Source of the DNA: Lacisediminihabitans sp.
GTDB taxonomy: Bacteria; Actinomycetota; Actinomycetes; Actinomycetales; Microbacteriaceae
Assembly: GCF_036569425.1 (NCBI RefSeq)
Contig: NZ_DATCQQ010000019.1
Coordinates: forward strand, 378 to 64,377
Direction: 5' to 3'
Length of the DNA stretch: 64,000 bases
Position numbers and translations under genes: made by a program. The notes beneath the pieces are model-generated. The model was not told the origin of the DNA and ran no database searches. It was given only the letters and a program-made list of their open reading frames with translations. Positions 37,568 through 46,238 of the stretch are shown here, in pieces; position 1 is the stretch's first letter; each line of letters begins with the position of its first letter.

Positions 37568-37636
37568 GCGATCGATTGAGGGCGATCGATTGAGGGCGAT
37601 CACGTCAACCCCAGTGAGTCAGCCCCAGTGAGTCAG
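37568..37636. repeat. Two adjacent 14-bp tandem duplications
   Basis: GCGATCGATTGAGG x2.4 (37568-37601) and CCCCAGTGAGTCAG x2 (37609-37636). Confidence 0.9.
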
Positions 37637-38262
37637 CGCAGGGCGTTCCAGGTTGAGCACTCTTCGGCGACCGTCGAGAGGTAGTCGACCGCCTGAGTCG
37701 AATGCACGACCGTGCTTTCGACGAGCGAGCGAACGAGGATGTCGGCCGGCAACACCCGGACTCGTCGTGCAGCGTCGCCACCGAATCTCAGGTCGACGGG
37801 GTCGAGCAGGGCGACGACCGGCGTCACCGCGACCGGGACACCGGCGAGGTCGGACATGATGGTCTCCGCGCGGTCCGCGCACCGGCGCGCGACTCGAACG
37901 TGATCGGTCGGGCGCCCGTTGATCCACAGGACCCTCTCGTCCACCCACACGTTGCCGCCGGTCGGGCGCGCTGCAGTGATGGTGAAGACGCCGGGAGGGC
38001 CGACGACCACGAAATCCGCGCCGAGCTCGGCGAGCGCGTCCCATGCGCGCAGGATGGTCCAGCCGTCACCGAGCTGGGCGAGAAGGGCAGCGACCTCGAC
38101 CTCGACGGGAGGACGACGGCGCCAGCCGCGGGGCCGAGCAGATGTGCCGCGGAGGAGTCCCCACGACGCGGGAAGCACGTCGCGTAGGAGTTGTGAGCCA
38201 CGATCGGACGGTGAGGCGCCCACTGTCGACTCTGCGCCTTCACGCGAGGTGACACTCGTCAT
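37633..38262 (-). CDS. NERD-like protein, paralog 2 (degenerate)
   Basis: EVEVAALLAQLGDGWTIL...ADFVVVGPPGVFTI...VWVDERVLWING. Confidence 0.75.
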   Translation of the reverse strand: MTSVTSREGAESTVGASPSDRGSQLLRDVLPASWGLLRGTSARPRGWRRRPPVEVEVAALLAQLGDGWTILRAWDALAELGADFVVVGPPGVFTITAARPTGGNVWVDERVLWINGRPTDHVRVARRCADRAETIMSDLAGVPVAVTPVVALLDPVDLRFGGDAARRVRVLPADILVRSLVESTVVHSTQAVDYLSTVAEECSTWNALR

Positions 38263-38397
38263 GCGCTCCCCCTCAAGTGGCCTGTCCAGAATGGCCTGTC
38301 CCGAACCTAAGCGAGCGTCACCCACCGGGGAAGCCCCCAAAGGAGGGCTGTTCGGCTCTTCGGTGCGCGTGCAGACTCCGAGAATACCGTTGGCGGG

Positions 38398-39168
38398 GTG
38401 AACCCCCGACGCGCCGAGCCCATCTATCGCACAGCCATTGTGGCCGGCACCGCCCTCTTCAGGGTGCTGCACGTGAGGCGAATCGAGTCCGGCCTCGACA
38501 ACCTTCCGGCAACGGGAGGTGCCGTGCTTGCGATGACGCACTTCGGCTACCTGGAATTCGCCCTCATCGAATGGGTGACCTGGCTGCACAACCGCCGCCG
38601 CATCCGCTTCCTCACCAAGAAGAGCGTCTTCGAGCGGCCAGTCCTGGGATTCGTGATGCGCGGGATGCACCACATCGCGGTGGACATGTCGGCCGGCGCG
38701 GACGCGTACGCGAGCGCCGTGGCCGCCCTGCGCGACGGGGAGCTCATCGGCGTGTTCCCCGAGGCCGGTGTGAGTGCCTCCTTCACGGTCCGCGAGCTCA
38801 AGACGGGAGCCGCGCGGTTGGCGGCGGAGGCGGGCGTGCCCGTCATTCCGGTCGCGGTCTGGGGAGGGCAGCGGCTCCTCACCAAGAATCGCCGGATCCG
38901 CCTGCGCGACCGGTTCGGCGTTACGGTGAGCTGCGCCGTGGGTAGCCCGATCGTGGTCGACGCAACGGATGACGTGCGCGCGGTGACCGAGCGCCTGAGG
39001 CAGACGATGCAGGGCCTCGTCGACCGCCTCCAGGCCGAGTACCCGGTGGACGGCGCCGGCGCCTGGTGGCAGCCGCTGGCGCTCGGGGGCACCGCCCCGA
39101 GCCCCCAGGAGGCCGCTCGGGCCGACGCGGAACGGGACAGGAAACGCGGCGGGGGCGCTCCGCGCTGA
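38398..39168 (+). CDS. plsC: 1-acyl-sn-glycerol-3-phosphate (lysophospholipid) acyltransferase
   Basis: THFGYLE (HxxxxD/E), FLTKKSVF, VFPEAG, KTGAARLA, PVIPVAVWG. Confidence 0.88.
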   Translation: MNPRRAEPIYRTAIVAGTALFRVLHVRRIESGLDNLPATGGAVLAMTHFGYLEFALIEWVTWLHNRRRIRFLTKKSVFERPVLGFVMRGMHHIAVDMSAGADAYASAVAALRDGELIGVFPEAGVSASFTVRELKTGAARLAAEAGVPVIPVAVWGGQRLLTKNRRIRLRDRFGVTVSCAVGSPIVVDATDDVRAVTERLRQTMQGLVDRLQAEYPVDGAGAWWQPLALGGTAPSPQEAARADAERDRKRGGGAPR

Positions 39169-39350
39169 CGGCATCCGCTGCTGGGAGCGCTCCCGATGCA
39201 CCAGCGTGTCTTTGTTCCATCGAATCGGCTCAGAAAAGTGGACTTTTGCACTGTTGCGCGGAGAGCCCGAGGACTACCGTGTCAGTTAGTCGACGTGTCC
39301 AGATCATCGCACGGGGCGCCTGACTGCGAACCTGAATAGAGGATGTAGTC

Positions 39351-39494
39351 ATGACGCCGCTCCACTACCTCACACCGGGGTCTCGCTCAGCGTCTCTCGA
39401 GCGTCCCGGCGGGGAGAGCACCCGGTCGTCCGCGTCGACGCGCGCGCCGTCGAGCCTGCCCCTCGACCCCTGGTCGTTCCCGCCGACTGGATAA
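39351..39494 (+). CDS. Possible 47-aa small ORF
   Basis: AGAGGA RBS 7 nt before ATG; MTPLHYLTPG...PWSFPPTG. No homology recognised. Confidence 0.25.
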   Translation: MTPLHYLTPGSRSASLERPGGESTRSSASTRAPSSLPLDPWSFPPTG

Positions 39495-39576
39495 GGCTCG
39501 GCTGCGGTTGGGGCCACCACCCTTTGCTACCCGAGAAGATCGTGGTAGCCCCAACCGACATCCGGCCAGGCGGGCA

Positions 39577-39620
39577 CAAAACGCGGCCCCTGGTGTAACC
39601 AACCCACACCAGGGGCCGCG
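39577..39620 (-). terminator. 15-bp perfect hairpin with a minus-strand U-tract
   Basis: CGCGGCCCCTGGTGT-N9-ACACCAGGGGCCGCG preceded by CAAAA on the plus strand. Confidence 0.65.
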
Positions 39621-39733
39621 GCACGCCCGCCCGCCGGCCTCCGAGGGGATTCGGGACCTTGGGCCCTTCACCCCGCAGAGGGTCAACGGTGTGATGGGCC
39701 TACAGCGAACGCGCATCACCAGGGAGGAACACC

Positions 39734-40186
39734 GTGACATTCACCCAGTCCGTTCAAACGGTCTTTCGCAAGTACGCGGAGTTCACCGGTCGAGCCTCGC
39801 GGTCCGAGTTCTGGTGGTTCGTGCTCTTCAGCGCAATCGGCCACGCCGCCCTGAACGCCTTCAACGTGTTCACGCCCCAGGGCACCCTCTACCTCGGGGC
39901 GAGCATGTCGGGAGTCTTCGGAATCATCACTTTCCTGCCGAGCCTCGCGGTGACGGTGCGGAGGCTGAGGGATGCGGGCCACGGCTGGGCAGACCTATTC
40001 TGGATCCTGCTACCGATCGTCGGCCTCATCGTGCTCGTCGTGCACCTGTGCGACCCGAGCCGCACCGACATCGTGGTAACGCCCCAGCCGAGCGCGCCGG
40101 CCGACGCCTCGGCCCGACCGGCACCGGGCAGCACCGGGCAGCACCGGGCAGCACCGACCGGCACTGACCAGCACCGACCGGCATGA
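39734..40186 (+). CDS. DUF805 domain membrane protein
   Basis: FRKYAEFTGRASRSEFWWF...PSLAVTVRRLRDAG; GGAGG RBS. Confidence 0.92.
   Translation: MTFTQSVQTVFRKYAEFTGRASRSEFWWFVLFSAIGHAALNAFNVFTPQGTLYLGASMSGVFGIITFLPSLAVTVRRLRDAGHGWADLFWILLPIVGLIVLVVHLCDPSRTDIVVTPQPSAPADASARPAPGSTGQHRAAPTGTDQHRPA
40111..40183 (+). repeat. 10-bp tandem repeat (about 7 units) in the DUF805 3' end
   Basis: GCACCGGGCA x3, then GCACCGACCG / GCACTGACCA / GCACCGACCG. Confidence 0.9.
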
Positions 40187-40217
40187 CAACCGGGTAACCA
40201 CGGAACAGGAGAACGCA

Positions 40218-40799
40218 ATGACCAATTCGGTGAACAATCCGACGGACCCGTTCGCCGGCTACCCCGTCGGCATGATCAAGATCCATCGTGGCGAGCTTGT
40301 GGCCGTCGCCGTGATCGGACTCATCCTCGGAATAATCGGCCTGGTCTGGCCCCAGGCGACGCTGTTCACCGTGGCCATCCTCTTCGGCATCTATCTGATC
40401 GCGTCGGGTATCTTCCGCATCACGGTGGCCTTCGTGGCCGATCAGTTGAGCACCGGGCTGCGCTGGTTCACCGGCATCGTGGGCCTCCTGGTGGTCGCCG
40501 CCGGTGTCATCTGCCTGGCCAATCCCTTCCGCTCCCTCATCGTGCTCGCCTTCGTGATCGGCGTCGGCTGGATCGCGGAGGGCGCCGTCGACATCATCGG
40601 CGCGGTGCGCGGCACCGGCAATCCCCGGTGGCTCGGTTGGCTGAGCGGCATTCTCTCCATCATCGCCGGCATCATCATGTTCGTGCTGCCCGCCCTCGCG
40701 ATCAGCGCGTTCGTGGCGATCGCCTCGATCCTGCTGATCATCGTGAGCATCTCGACCCTGTTCACCCTGCCGCGCGCGCGGGAGTCGGCAACCGCCTAG
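40218..40799 (+). CDS. HdeD/DUF308 family membrane protein
   Basis: GLILGIIGLVWPQATLFTVAILFGIYLIASG repeated architecture, six TM segments. Confidence 0.88.
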   Translation: MTNSVNNPTDPFAGYPVGMIKIHRGELVAVAVIGLILGIIGLVWPQATLFTVAILFGIYLIASGIFRITVAFVADQLSTGLRWFTGIVGLLVVAAGVICLANPFRSLIVLAFVIGVGWIAEGAVDIIGAVRGTGNPRWLGWLSGILSIIAGIIMFVLPALAISAFVAIASILLIIVSISTLFTLPRARESATA

Positions 40800-40816
40800 G
40801 GCCGCGGGTTCCCGCC

Positions 40817-42268
40817 TCAGTCCCTCGCCAGCGCGGGAGCCGACGTTGCGCCGAATTCGTCCCGGAGGGCGGTCAGCGCCGCGTAGTAGCCCGCGAGCCC
40901 GTGCACGCCGGGGCCCGGGGAGGTGGATGACGAACAGAGATAGATTCCCCTCGCCGGGGTGCGCCACGGCGTGGCCGAGAACACCGGACGCGCCACGAGC
41001 TGGGCGATGGTCACATCCCCGCTCGCAATGTCTCCCCCCACGTAATTGGGGTCGTAGGCCTCCACCTGCACGGCGGTGCTGCTCGCGCTCGCGAGCACGA
41101 CATCCCGGAACCCCGGGGCATGGCTCTCGATCGCGGCCGTGATCGCCTCGGTGCGGTCCACGGCGGAGCCACGGGGCACGTGCGTGTACGCCCACAGCAC
41201 GTGCGAGCCGGCCGGCGCCCGCGACTCGTCGAACGGGGTCGGCTGGGAGACGAGCACGTACGGATTGCCGGGGTGGCGGCCGGCAGCGACCTCGCCCTCC
41301 GAGCGGGCGATGTCCTGCCTCGACCCCCCGAGATGGAGAGTGCCGGCGCCCGCGAGATCCGGATGGCGCCACGGCACGGGGCCGGAGAGGGCGAAGTCGA
41401 CTTTGGCGACCGCGTTTCCATATCGATAGCGGTCGAGCGCGCGCCGGTAGCGTTCGGGCAGCCGCTCCCCCGCGATGGTCGCCAGAGCCCTCGCGCTCGT
41501 GTCGAAGAGCACCACCCGTGCCGGCGGGAGATCCCCGAGGCGTGCGATCTCGGTGCCGGTGACGATCTGCCCGCCGTGGGCGACCAGGTCGGCCGCCATC
41601 GCGTCGATGATCGACTGGCTGCCCCCGATCGGGATGGGCCAGCCCTGCGCGTGGGCCGTCGTGCCGAGAACGAGCCCGGCGGCCGCCGTCGCGAGGCTCG
41701 GCATCGGCCGAACGGCGTGCGCGAAGACGCCCGTGAGCATGGCGGGCGCCACGTCATCCAGAAAGCGGGAATTCCAACCGCGGCCGCCCTGCTCCAGCAC
41801 GCGGAGTCCGAGCCGCGCGACGGTGAGCGGATGCCGGGGAACCTGCAGCACCGGCGAGCCGCTGAACTGCGCCACGTCGTTCGCGCGCCGCACGAGGGGC
41901 CCGAAGAGTCGCCTCCACGCCGGGCCGTCACGCCCGAGTCCATCCGCCGTGCGGTCGAGGTCGCGCCAGGCGATGCCCGCTCGACCGTCGGCGAGCGGAT
42001 GGGCGTAGGAGATCTCCGGAACGACCAGTCGGATCCGTTCCCGCAGTTCGAACCGATGGAAGAATCCGGAGGCCAGGGCCAGCGGATGCACGGCAGAGCA
42101 CACGTCATGGTGGAACCCGGGCAGCGTCAAGTCGCTCGTCCGCGCACCGCCTCCGATGGTCGGGCCGCGCTCGTAGACCCGCACCGAGAGTCCGGCCCGC
42201 GCGAGCGTCACCGCCGCGGCCATCCCGTTCGGCCCGGAGCCCACCACTATCGCGTCGACGGCGTCCAT
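40817..42268 (-). CDS. FAD-dependent oxidoreductase, phytoene dehydrogenase-like (P49)
   Basis: VVGSGPNG, GGGART, HDVCSAVHP, NYVGGDI, YLCSSSTSPGPGVHG. Confidence 0.92.
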   Translation of the reverse strand: MDAVDAIVVGSGPNGMAAAVTLARAGLSVRVYERGPTIGGGARTSDLTLPGFHHDVCSAVHPLALASGFFHRFELRERIRLVVPEISYAHPLADGRAGIAWRDLDRTADGLGRDGPAWRRLFGPLVRRANDVAQFSGSPVLQVPRHPLTVARLGLRVLEQGGRGWNSRFLDDVAPAMLTGVFAHAVRPMPSLATAAAGLVLGTTAHAQGWPIPIGGSQSIIDAMAADLVAHGGQIVTGTEIARLGDLPPARVVLFDTSARALATIAGERLPERYRRALDRYRYGNAVAKVDFALSGPVPWRHPDLAGAGTLHLGGSRQDIARSEGEVAAGRHPGNPYVLVSQPTPFDESRAPAGSHVLWAYTHVPRGSAVDRTEAITAAIESHAPGFRDVVLASASSTAVQVEAYDPNYVGGDIASGDVTIAQLVARPVFSATPWRTPARGIYLCSSSTSPGPGVHGLAGYYAALTALRDEFGATSAPALARD

Positions 42269-42314
42269 GCCTCCACCCTGCCCCCGACGGCCGCGACACG
42301 CGAGGGGCGCGCCG

Positions 42315-42614
42315 CTAACGCGTCAGCCGCGACATGATCCAGGCGAGCAGGTAGGAGCGGCTGTCTCCGTCGTCGATGCGGTCCTCGTTGAGGCTCGCGC
42401 TCTGCTCGAGGGCCGACGCAGCCTCGGCCGGGCCCTGCAGGGCGCTGTACATCAGCAGGTAGTCGCCGAACAGCACGTCGAAGCCGGAGGGCGCCGCTTC
42501 GGCGAGGCTCGCCCGGATGCGCCCGGGGTCGCTCGCGAAGTAGGTGGAGACGGGGCTCATCGGCAAGACCAGGATGCCGAGCATGGCACTCGGCTCGGCA
42601 CTGAAGAACGTGGC
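42315..42614 (-). pseudogene. C-terminal relic of a probable GH81 endo-beta-1,3-glucanase
   Basis: FSAEPSAMLGILVLPMSP...FGDYLLMYSAL...IDDGDSRSYLLAWI resembles the GH81 C-terminus; no plausible start or upstream domain. Confidence 0.6.
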
Positions 42615-42706
42615 TGCCCGAAACGCCAGGCGGCCGCCGACTGCTGTCGCGCGGAGGCGGATTGCTGGTACACACTTGAATCGGTATCCGCAACGAAAGG
42701 CAGCAC

Positions 42707-43411
42707 GTGATTCGAGCAGCAGCAGACGGTTCGGCGCTAGGCAACCCCGGGCCGGCCGGCTGGGCGTGGTACGTCGACGACGACTGCTGGGCGGCAGGAG
42801 GCTGGAAGCACGCCACCAACAACCAGGCCGAGCTGATGGCCGCACTCCAGCTGTTCCGGGCGACCGCGCACCTCGACGACGACCTTCTCGTGCTCTGCGA
42901 CAGCCAGTACGTGATCAACTGCATCACCAAGTGGATGCCGGGCTGGAAGAAGAAGGGCTGGCGCAAGGCCGACGGCAAGCCGGTGATGAACGTCGAACTG
43001 CTCAAGGAGATCGACGAGGCGCTCGTCGGCCGCCGCTACCTCTTCGAATGGGTGAAGGGGCACGACAACCATCCGCTCAACGAGGCGGCGGATTCCCGCG
43101 CGCGGGCGGTGTCCGAGGCCTTCCAGCGCGGCCGGTCCATTCCGAGCGGACCGGGGTGGGTGCGCGACGGGGATGCCGTCGCGGCCCGCGCCCAGGACGT
43201 GGCGTGGACCCCGGGCGGGCGGGCGACCGCCGAACCGGCCCTCCCCGCGCCGGCCCTCTTCGCCTTCGCCTTCGACGAGCCCGCCGAGGCCGACGAGGCC
43301 GACGACACGACTCTCATCCTTCGCCTGAGCCCCGACGAGGTCAGCCGGCTCGAGGCGAGGGCGTCGTCGCGCGGCCTGACCCTGGAGCAGGCGATCAAGA
43401 GCCTCATCTGA
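42707..43411 (+). CDS. rnhA: Ribonuclease HI with C-terminal extension
   Basis: ADGSALGNPGPAGW, TNNQAEL, CDSQYVI, W...GW, WVKGH, NEAAD: all four catalytic acidic residues present. Confidence 0.93.
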   Translation: MIRAAADGSALGNPGPAGWAWYVDDDCWAAGGWKHATNNQAELMAALQLFRATAHLDDDLLVLCDSQYVINCITKWMPGWKKKGWRKADGKPVMNVELLKEIDEALVGRRYLFEWVKGHDNHPLNEAADSRARAVSEAFQRGRSIPSGPGWVRDGDAVAARAQDVAWTPGGRATAEPALPAPALFAFAFDEPAEADEADDTTLILRLSPDEVSRLEARASSRGLTLEQAIKSLI

Positions 43412-43495
43412 CCGGACGCCGTTCGGGCGACCTCGGCAGGAGGCCGCCCGGACGCCGGCGTGGGCCGGCGTGAGTCAAGGGGCGGGCCAGCGTGG

Positions 43496-44770
43496 TCAGA
43501 GGGCGGGGCCGTCGGCGAGCGTGACGCTCGCGGTGTGGCTCGCCCCAGCGGCATCCGTCCAGGCGATCGATACGGTGGCTCCCGGGGAATGGGCGGCGAT
43601 CGCCGCACTGAGATCCGATGCGGAGGCGACCGGCGTCGAACCGAGGGCCGTGATGGTGTCGCCCGCCACGAGGCCGAGCGTGGCAGCCGGCGTTCCGGAG
43701 AGCACGCCACCGACCGTGGCCCCGGTGACCGAGCCCTGCGCGAGCTGCACCCCGAGGAACGCCGGGTAGCCGATCGTGACGGTCGCGCTGGCCCGGCCGG
43801 ACTCGATCTGGCGTGCGATGCCGAGCGCCGAGGAGATGGGGATCGCGTAGCCGACGACAGACCGGCTGCCGGAGGATGCCGCGGTAACGACACCGATGAC
43901 CTCGCCCTGGGCGTCGAGCAGTGGGCCGCCCGAGTCGCCGGAGACGACATCCGAGTCCACCTCGATCAGGTTGGTGAGGCTCTCCGACGAGTCGGCCGAT
44001 TCGTCCTGCACGGTGATCGACTGTCCGGTCGCCGCCACGGTGCCGGTGGCGGTGACGAGGTTGCCCGTGCCCTCGGCGTTTCCGACCGAGGAGATGGCGT
44101 CTCCGTCCGAGACCGACTGGCCGGCGTCGTAGGTCGCCGTCTGCAGCCCGGACGCTCCGGCGAGCTTCAGCACGGCGATGTCGTCGGTCGCGTCCGTGCC
44201 GACGACCGCGGCCCGGTAGGAGACGCCGGTCGACTCGACGGTGACCTCGATGCTCGTGGCGCCCGCAATGACGTGGTTGTTGGTGAGGATGAGTCCACTC
44301 GAGGTCATGATGGTGCCGGTGCCGGCGGCCTGACTGTTCTGGTCGAAGTCGAGCACGGCGACGATCGTCACGACGCCGACCTTCTCGGCCGCGGTGGCCG
44401 TCACAGCGCCGGTCGTAACGCTCGCCCGTTGTGTCGTTCCGCCGACATCCGATCCCTGACGCCCGTCGCCGGGAACGACGCGCTGGTCGGGAAGGACGGC
44501 CCGGCCGGCCGAGGTGCTCGCTGACTTCGCCGTCGAGGAAGAGACGGCGGCCACGATGGCGACTCCCCCTCCTCCCACGGCGAGCAGAATCGTCGCGGCC
44601 ACCGCCCCGACGATCAGCCCGCGGTGGCGGCGCGGCGGCGTGCCCTCGGTCGGCGGTGGGTAGATCGGTGGGATGACGGCCGGTGGGATGCCGATCGGTG
44701 GGATGCCGGCCGGTGGGATGCCGGCCGCCTGGCCCGTATTCGTCTGGCCTGTGTCGAAGATGTCCATCAT
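43496..44770 (-). CDS. S1C (HtrA/PepD-like) serine protease with PDZ domain
   Basis: Pro-rich N-terminus, one TM, TNNHV / DDIAV / GDSGGP triad and a C-terminal PDZ. Confidence 0.92.
   Translation of the reverse strand: MMDIFDTGQTNTGQAAGIPPAGIPPIGIPPAVIPPIYPPPTEGTPPRRHRGLIVGAVAATILLAVGGGGVAIVAAVSSSTAKSASTSAGRAVLPDQRVVPGDGRQGSDVGGTTQRASVTTGAVTATAAEKVGVVTIVAVLDFDQNSQAAGTGTIMTSSGLILTNNHVIAGATSIEVTVESTGVSYRAAVVGTDATDDIAVLKLAGASGLQTATYDAGQSVSDGDAISSVGNAEGTGNLVTATGTVAATGQSITVQDESADSSESLTNLIEVDSDVVSGDSGGPLLDAQGEVIGVVTAASSGSRSVVGYAIPISSALGIARQIESGRASATVTIGYPAFLGVQLAQGSVTGATVGGVLSGTPAATLGLVAGDTITALGSTPVASASDLSAAIAAHSPGATVSIAWTDAAGASHTASVTLADGPAL
44666..44727 (-). repeat. 15-bp tandem repeat (4 units) encoding GIPPx
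   Basis: CGGTGGGATG at 44666, 44681, 44696 and 44711. Confidence 0.85.
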
Positions 44771-44861
44771 TCGCGCCCTTCTCGGTGTGCCTTCTGGTAG
44801 GACACTCCTCCCGCGCGCTCGGCGTGCCCTATGGCCCGGATCGGAGCCGGTCGTGCGAAGG

Positions 44862-44879
44862 GTATGAATCCGCTGGGAA
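44862..44879 (-). promoter_or_regulatory. 11-bp-period direct repeat (MprA/OmpR-type box) upstream of the HtrA-like protease
   Basis: Minus strand reads TTCCCAG-cgga-TTCATAC; MprA binds tandem hexamer repeats at pepD in mycobacteria. Confidence 0.4.
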
Positions 44880-44994
44880 GGGCCGCGCCGAGCGGGACAG
44901 CACTCGGTGCACCGGCAGGGAGTCGTCATCCTGCCGTGCGAAACTGTGGATGGCCGCGAACGACGGCACCACTCTCGATCCCGGAGGAACACGC

Positions 44995-46179
44995 ATGACC
45001 GGCTCCCTCGTGCTCGACGTGATTCTCGGACTGCTGCTCGTCGCATACACCGTGCACGGCTTCCGCGCCGGCTTCGTGCTGAGCATCACGGGAATCGCCG
45101 GCTTCATCGCCGGGGCCGTCGTGGGCTTCTTCGCGATTCCGCTCATCGCCTCGTGGGTCACCTCCTCCCAGTGGCGTCTGCCGCTCATCCTGCTCGCCGT
45201 CGTCGTTCTTATCGGCCTCGGTCAGGCCGCCGGGACCGTGATCGGCAGGGTCCTGCGCCGGGGCGTGGACAGGACGCCACTGCGCATGCTGGACCGGGTC
45301 TTCGGGGCCGGCGTCACCCTCGTCGTGGCGGCGGTCGTCACGTCGATGCTCGCCTTCGGCATCGGCTCCCTCGGCGTGCCGTTCGTGTCGAGTGCGATCT
45401 CCTCCTCGGCGGTCGTGCAGACGATCGACCGGGTGACCCCGGACCCGGTGAAGGCCCTCGAGGCCCAGGTGCGCGGGCTCGTCGCCCAGGATGGCTTGCC
45501 CCGGCTGTTCGAGGCCATCGGCTCCAACTCGAACCTCCCGGTGCCGGCCGTCGGTGCCGGGACCGCCGCGCAGCAGGCCGCGGCGGCGTCGGTGGTGAAG
45601 ATCGTCGGCAACGCCTACCAGTGCGGCCAGAACCAGTCCGGCAGCGGTTACGTCGCCGCCAAGGGACGCATCATCACCAACGCCCACGTCGTGGCGGGGG
45701 TGACCGAGCCGGTGGTGCAAACGCCGTCCGGCGGGTCGTACACCGGTCGCGTCGTCTTCTTCGACGGGGTGCACGACATCGCGGTGATAGCGGTCGACGG
45801 GCTCACCACCAAGGTGCTGCCGCTCGGTGCGAACCTCGGCCAGGGCGACACCGCGGTGTTCGACGGCTATCCACTCGGCGGGCCGTTCAGCTCGGCGCCC
45901 GCCGCCGTGCGAGGCGTCAACACCGTGCAGGTGCCGGACATCTACGGGTCGAACCCCGCGCCGCGCGAGGTGTACTACCTCTCTGCCAACGTGCAGGAGG
46001 GCAACTCCGGCGGGCCGGTGATCGACGCGGGCGGACGGGTCGCCGGCGTCATCTTCGCGAAATCGGCGACGACCGATCGCCTCGGATTCGCCATGACCAC
46101 GGGCGACCTGACACCCGTCGTGGCGAAGGCGCCGTCGCTCGTCTCGGCCGTCTCATCCGGGCACTGCACTCGCGGCTGA
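44995..46179 (+). CDS. marP: MarP family serine protease (CvpA-like TM domain + trypsin)
   Basis: LRMLDRVFGA, CGQNQSGSG, TNAHVVAG, HDIAV, GNSGGP, C-terminal GHC. Confidence 0.88.
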   Translation: MTGSLVLDVILGLLLVAYTVHGFRAGFVLSITGIAGFIAGAVVGFFAIPLIASWVTSSQWRLPLILLAVVVLIGLGQAAGTVIGRVLRRGVDRTPLRMLDRVFGAGVTLVVAAVVTSMLAFGIGSLGVPFVSSAISSSAVVQTIDRVTPDPVKALEAQVRGLVAQDGLPRLFEAIGSNSNLPVPAVGAGTAAQQAAAASVVKIVGNAYQCGQNQSGSGYVAAKGRIITNAHVVAGVTEPVVQTPSGGSYTGRVVFFDGVHDIAVIAVDGLTTKVLPLGANLGQGDTAVFDGYPLGGPFSSAPAAVRGVNTVQVPDIYGSNPAPREVYYLSANVQEGNSGGPVIDAGGRVAGVIFAKSATTDRLGFAMTTGDLTPVVAKAPSLVSAVSSGHCTRG

Positions 46180-46238
46180 GTTCCGCGTTCGGGCCAGGAA
46201 CAGGGCTCCGGCCTCGGCCACTGGGCCTGTCCGGTGGA

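Noticed and set aside
39370-39560. Minus-strand MSVGATTIFSGSKGWWPQ as a Trp leader peptide
   Set aside because: No trp or amino-acid genes follow, there is no RBS, and the Trp pair falls within a hairpin arm.
39620-39720. Resemblance to a c-di-AMP (ydaO) riboswitch (GGGGTGAA, CCGAATCC)
   Set aside because: The order and flanking conserved segments do not match the known consensus; an Infernal hit would be needed.
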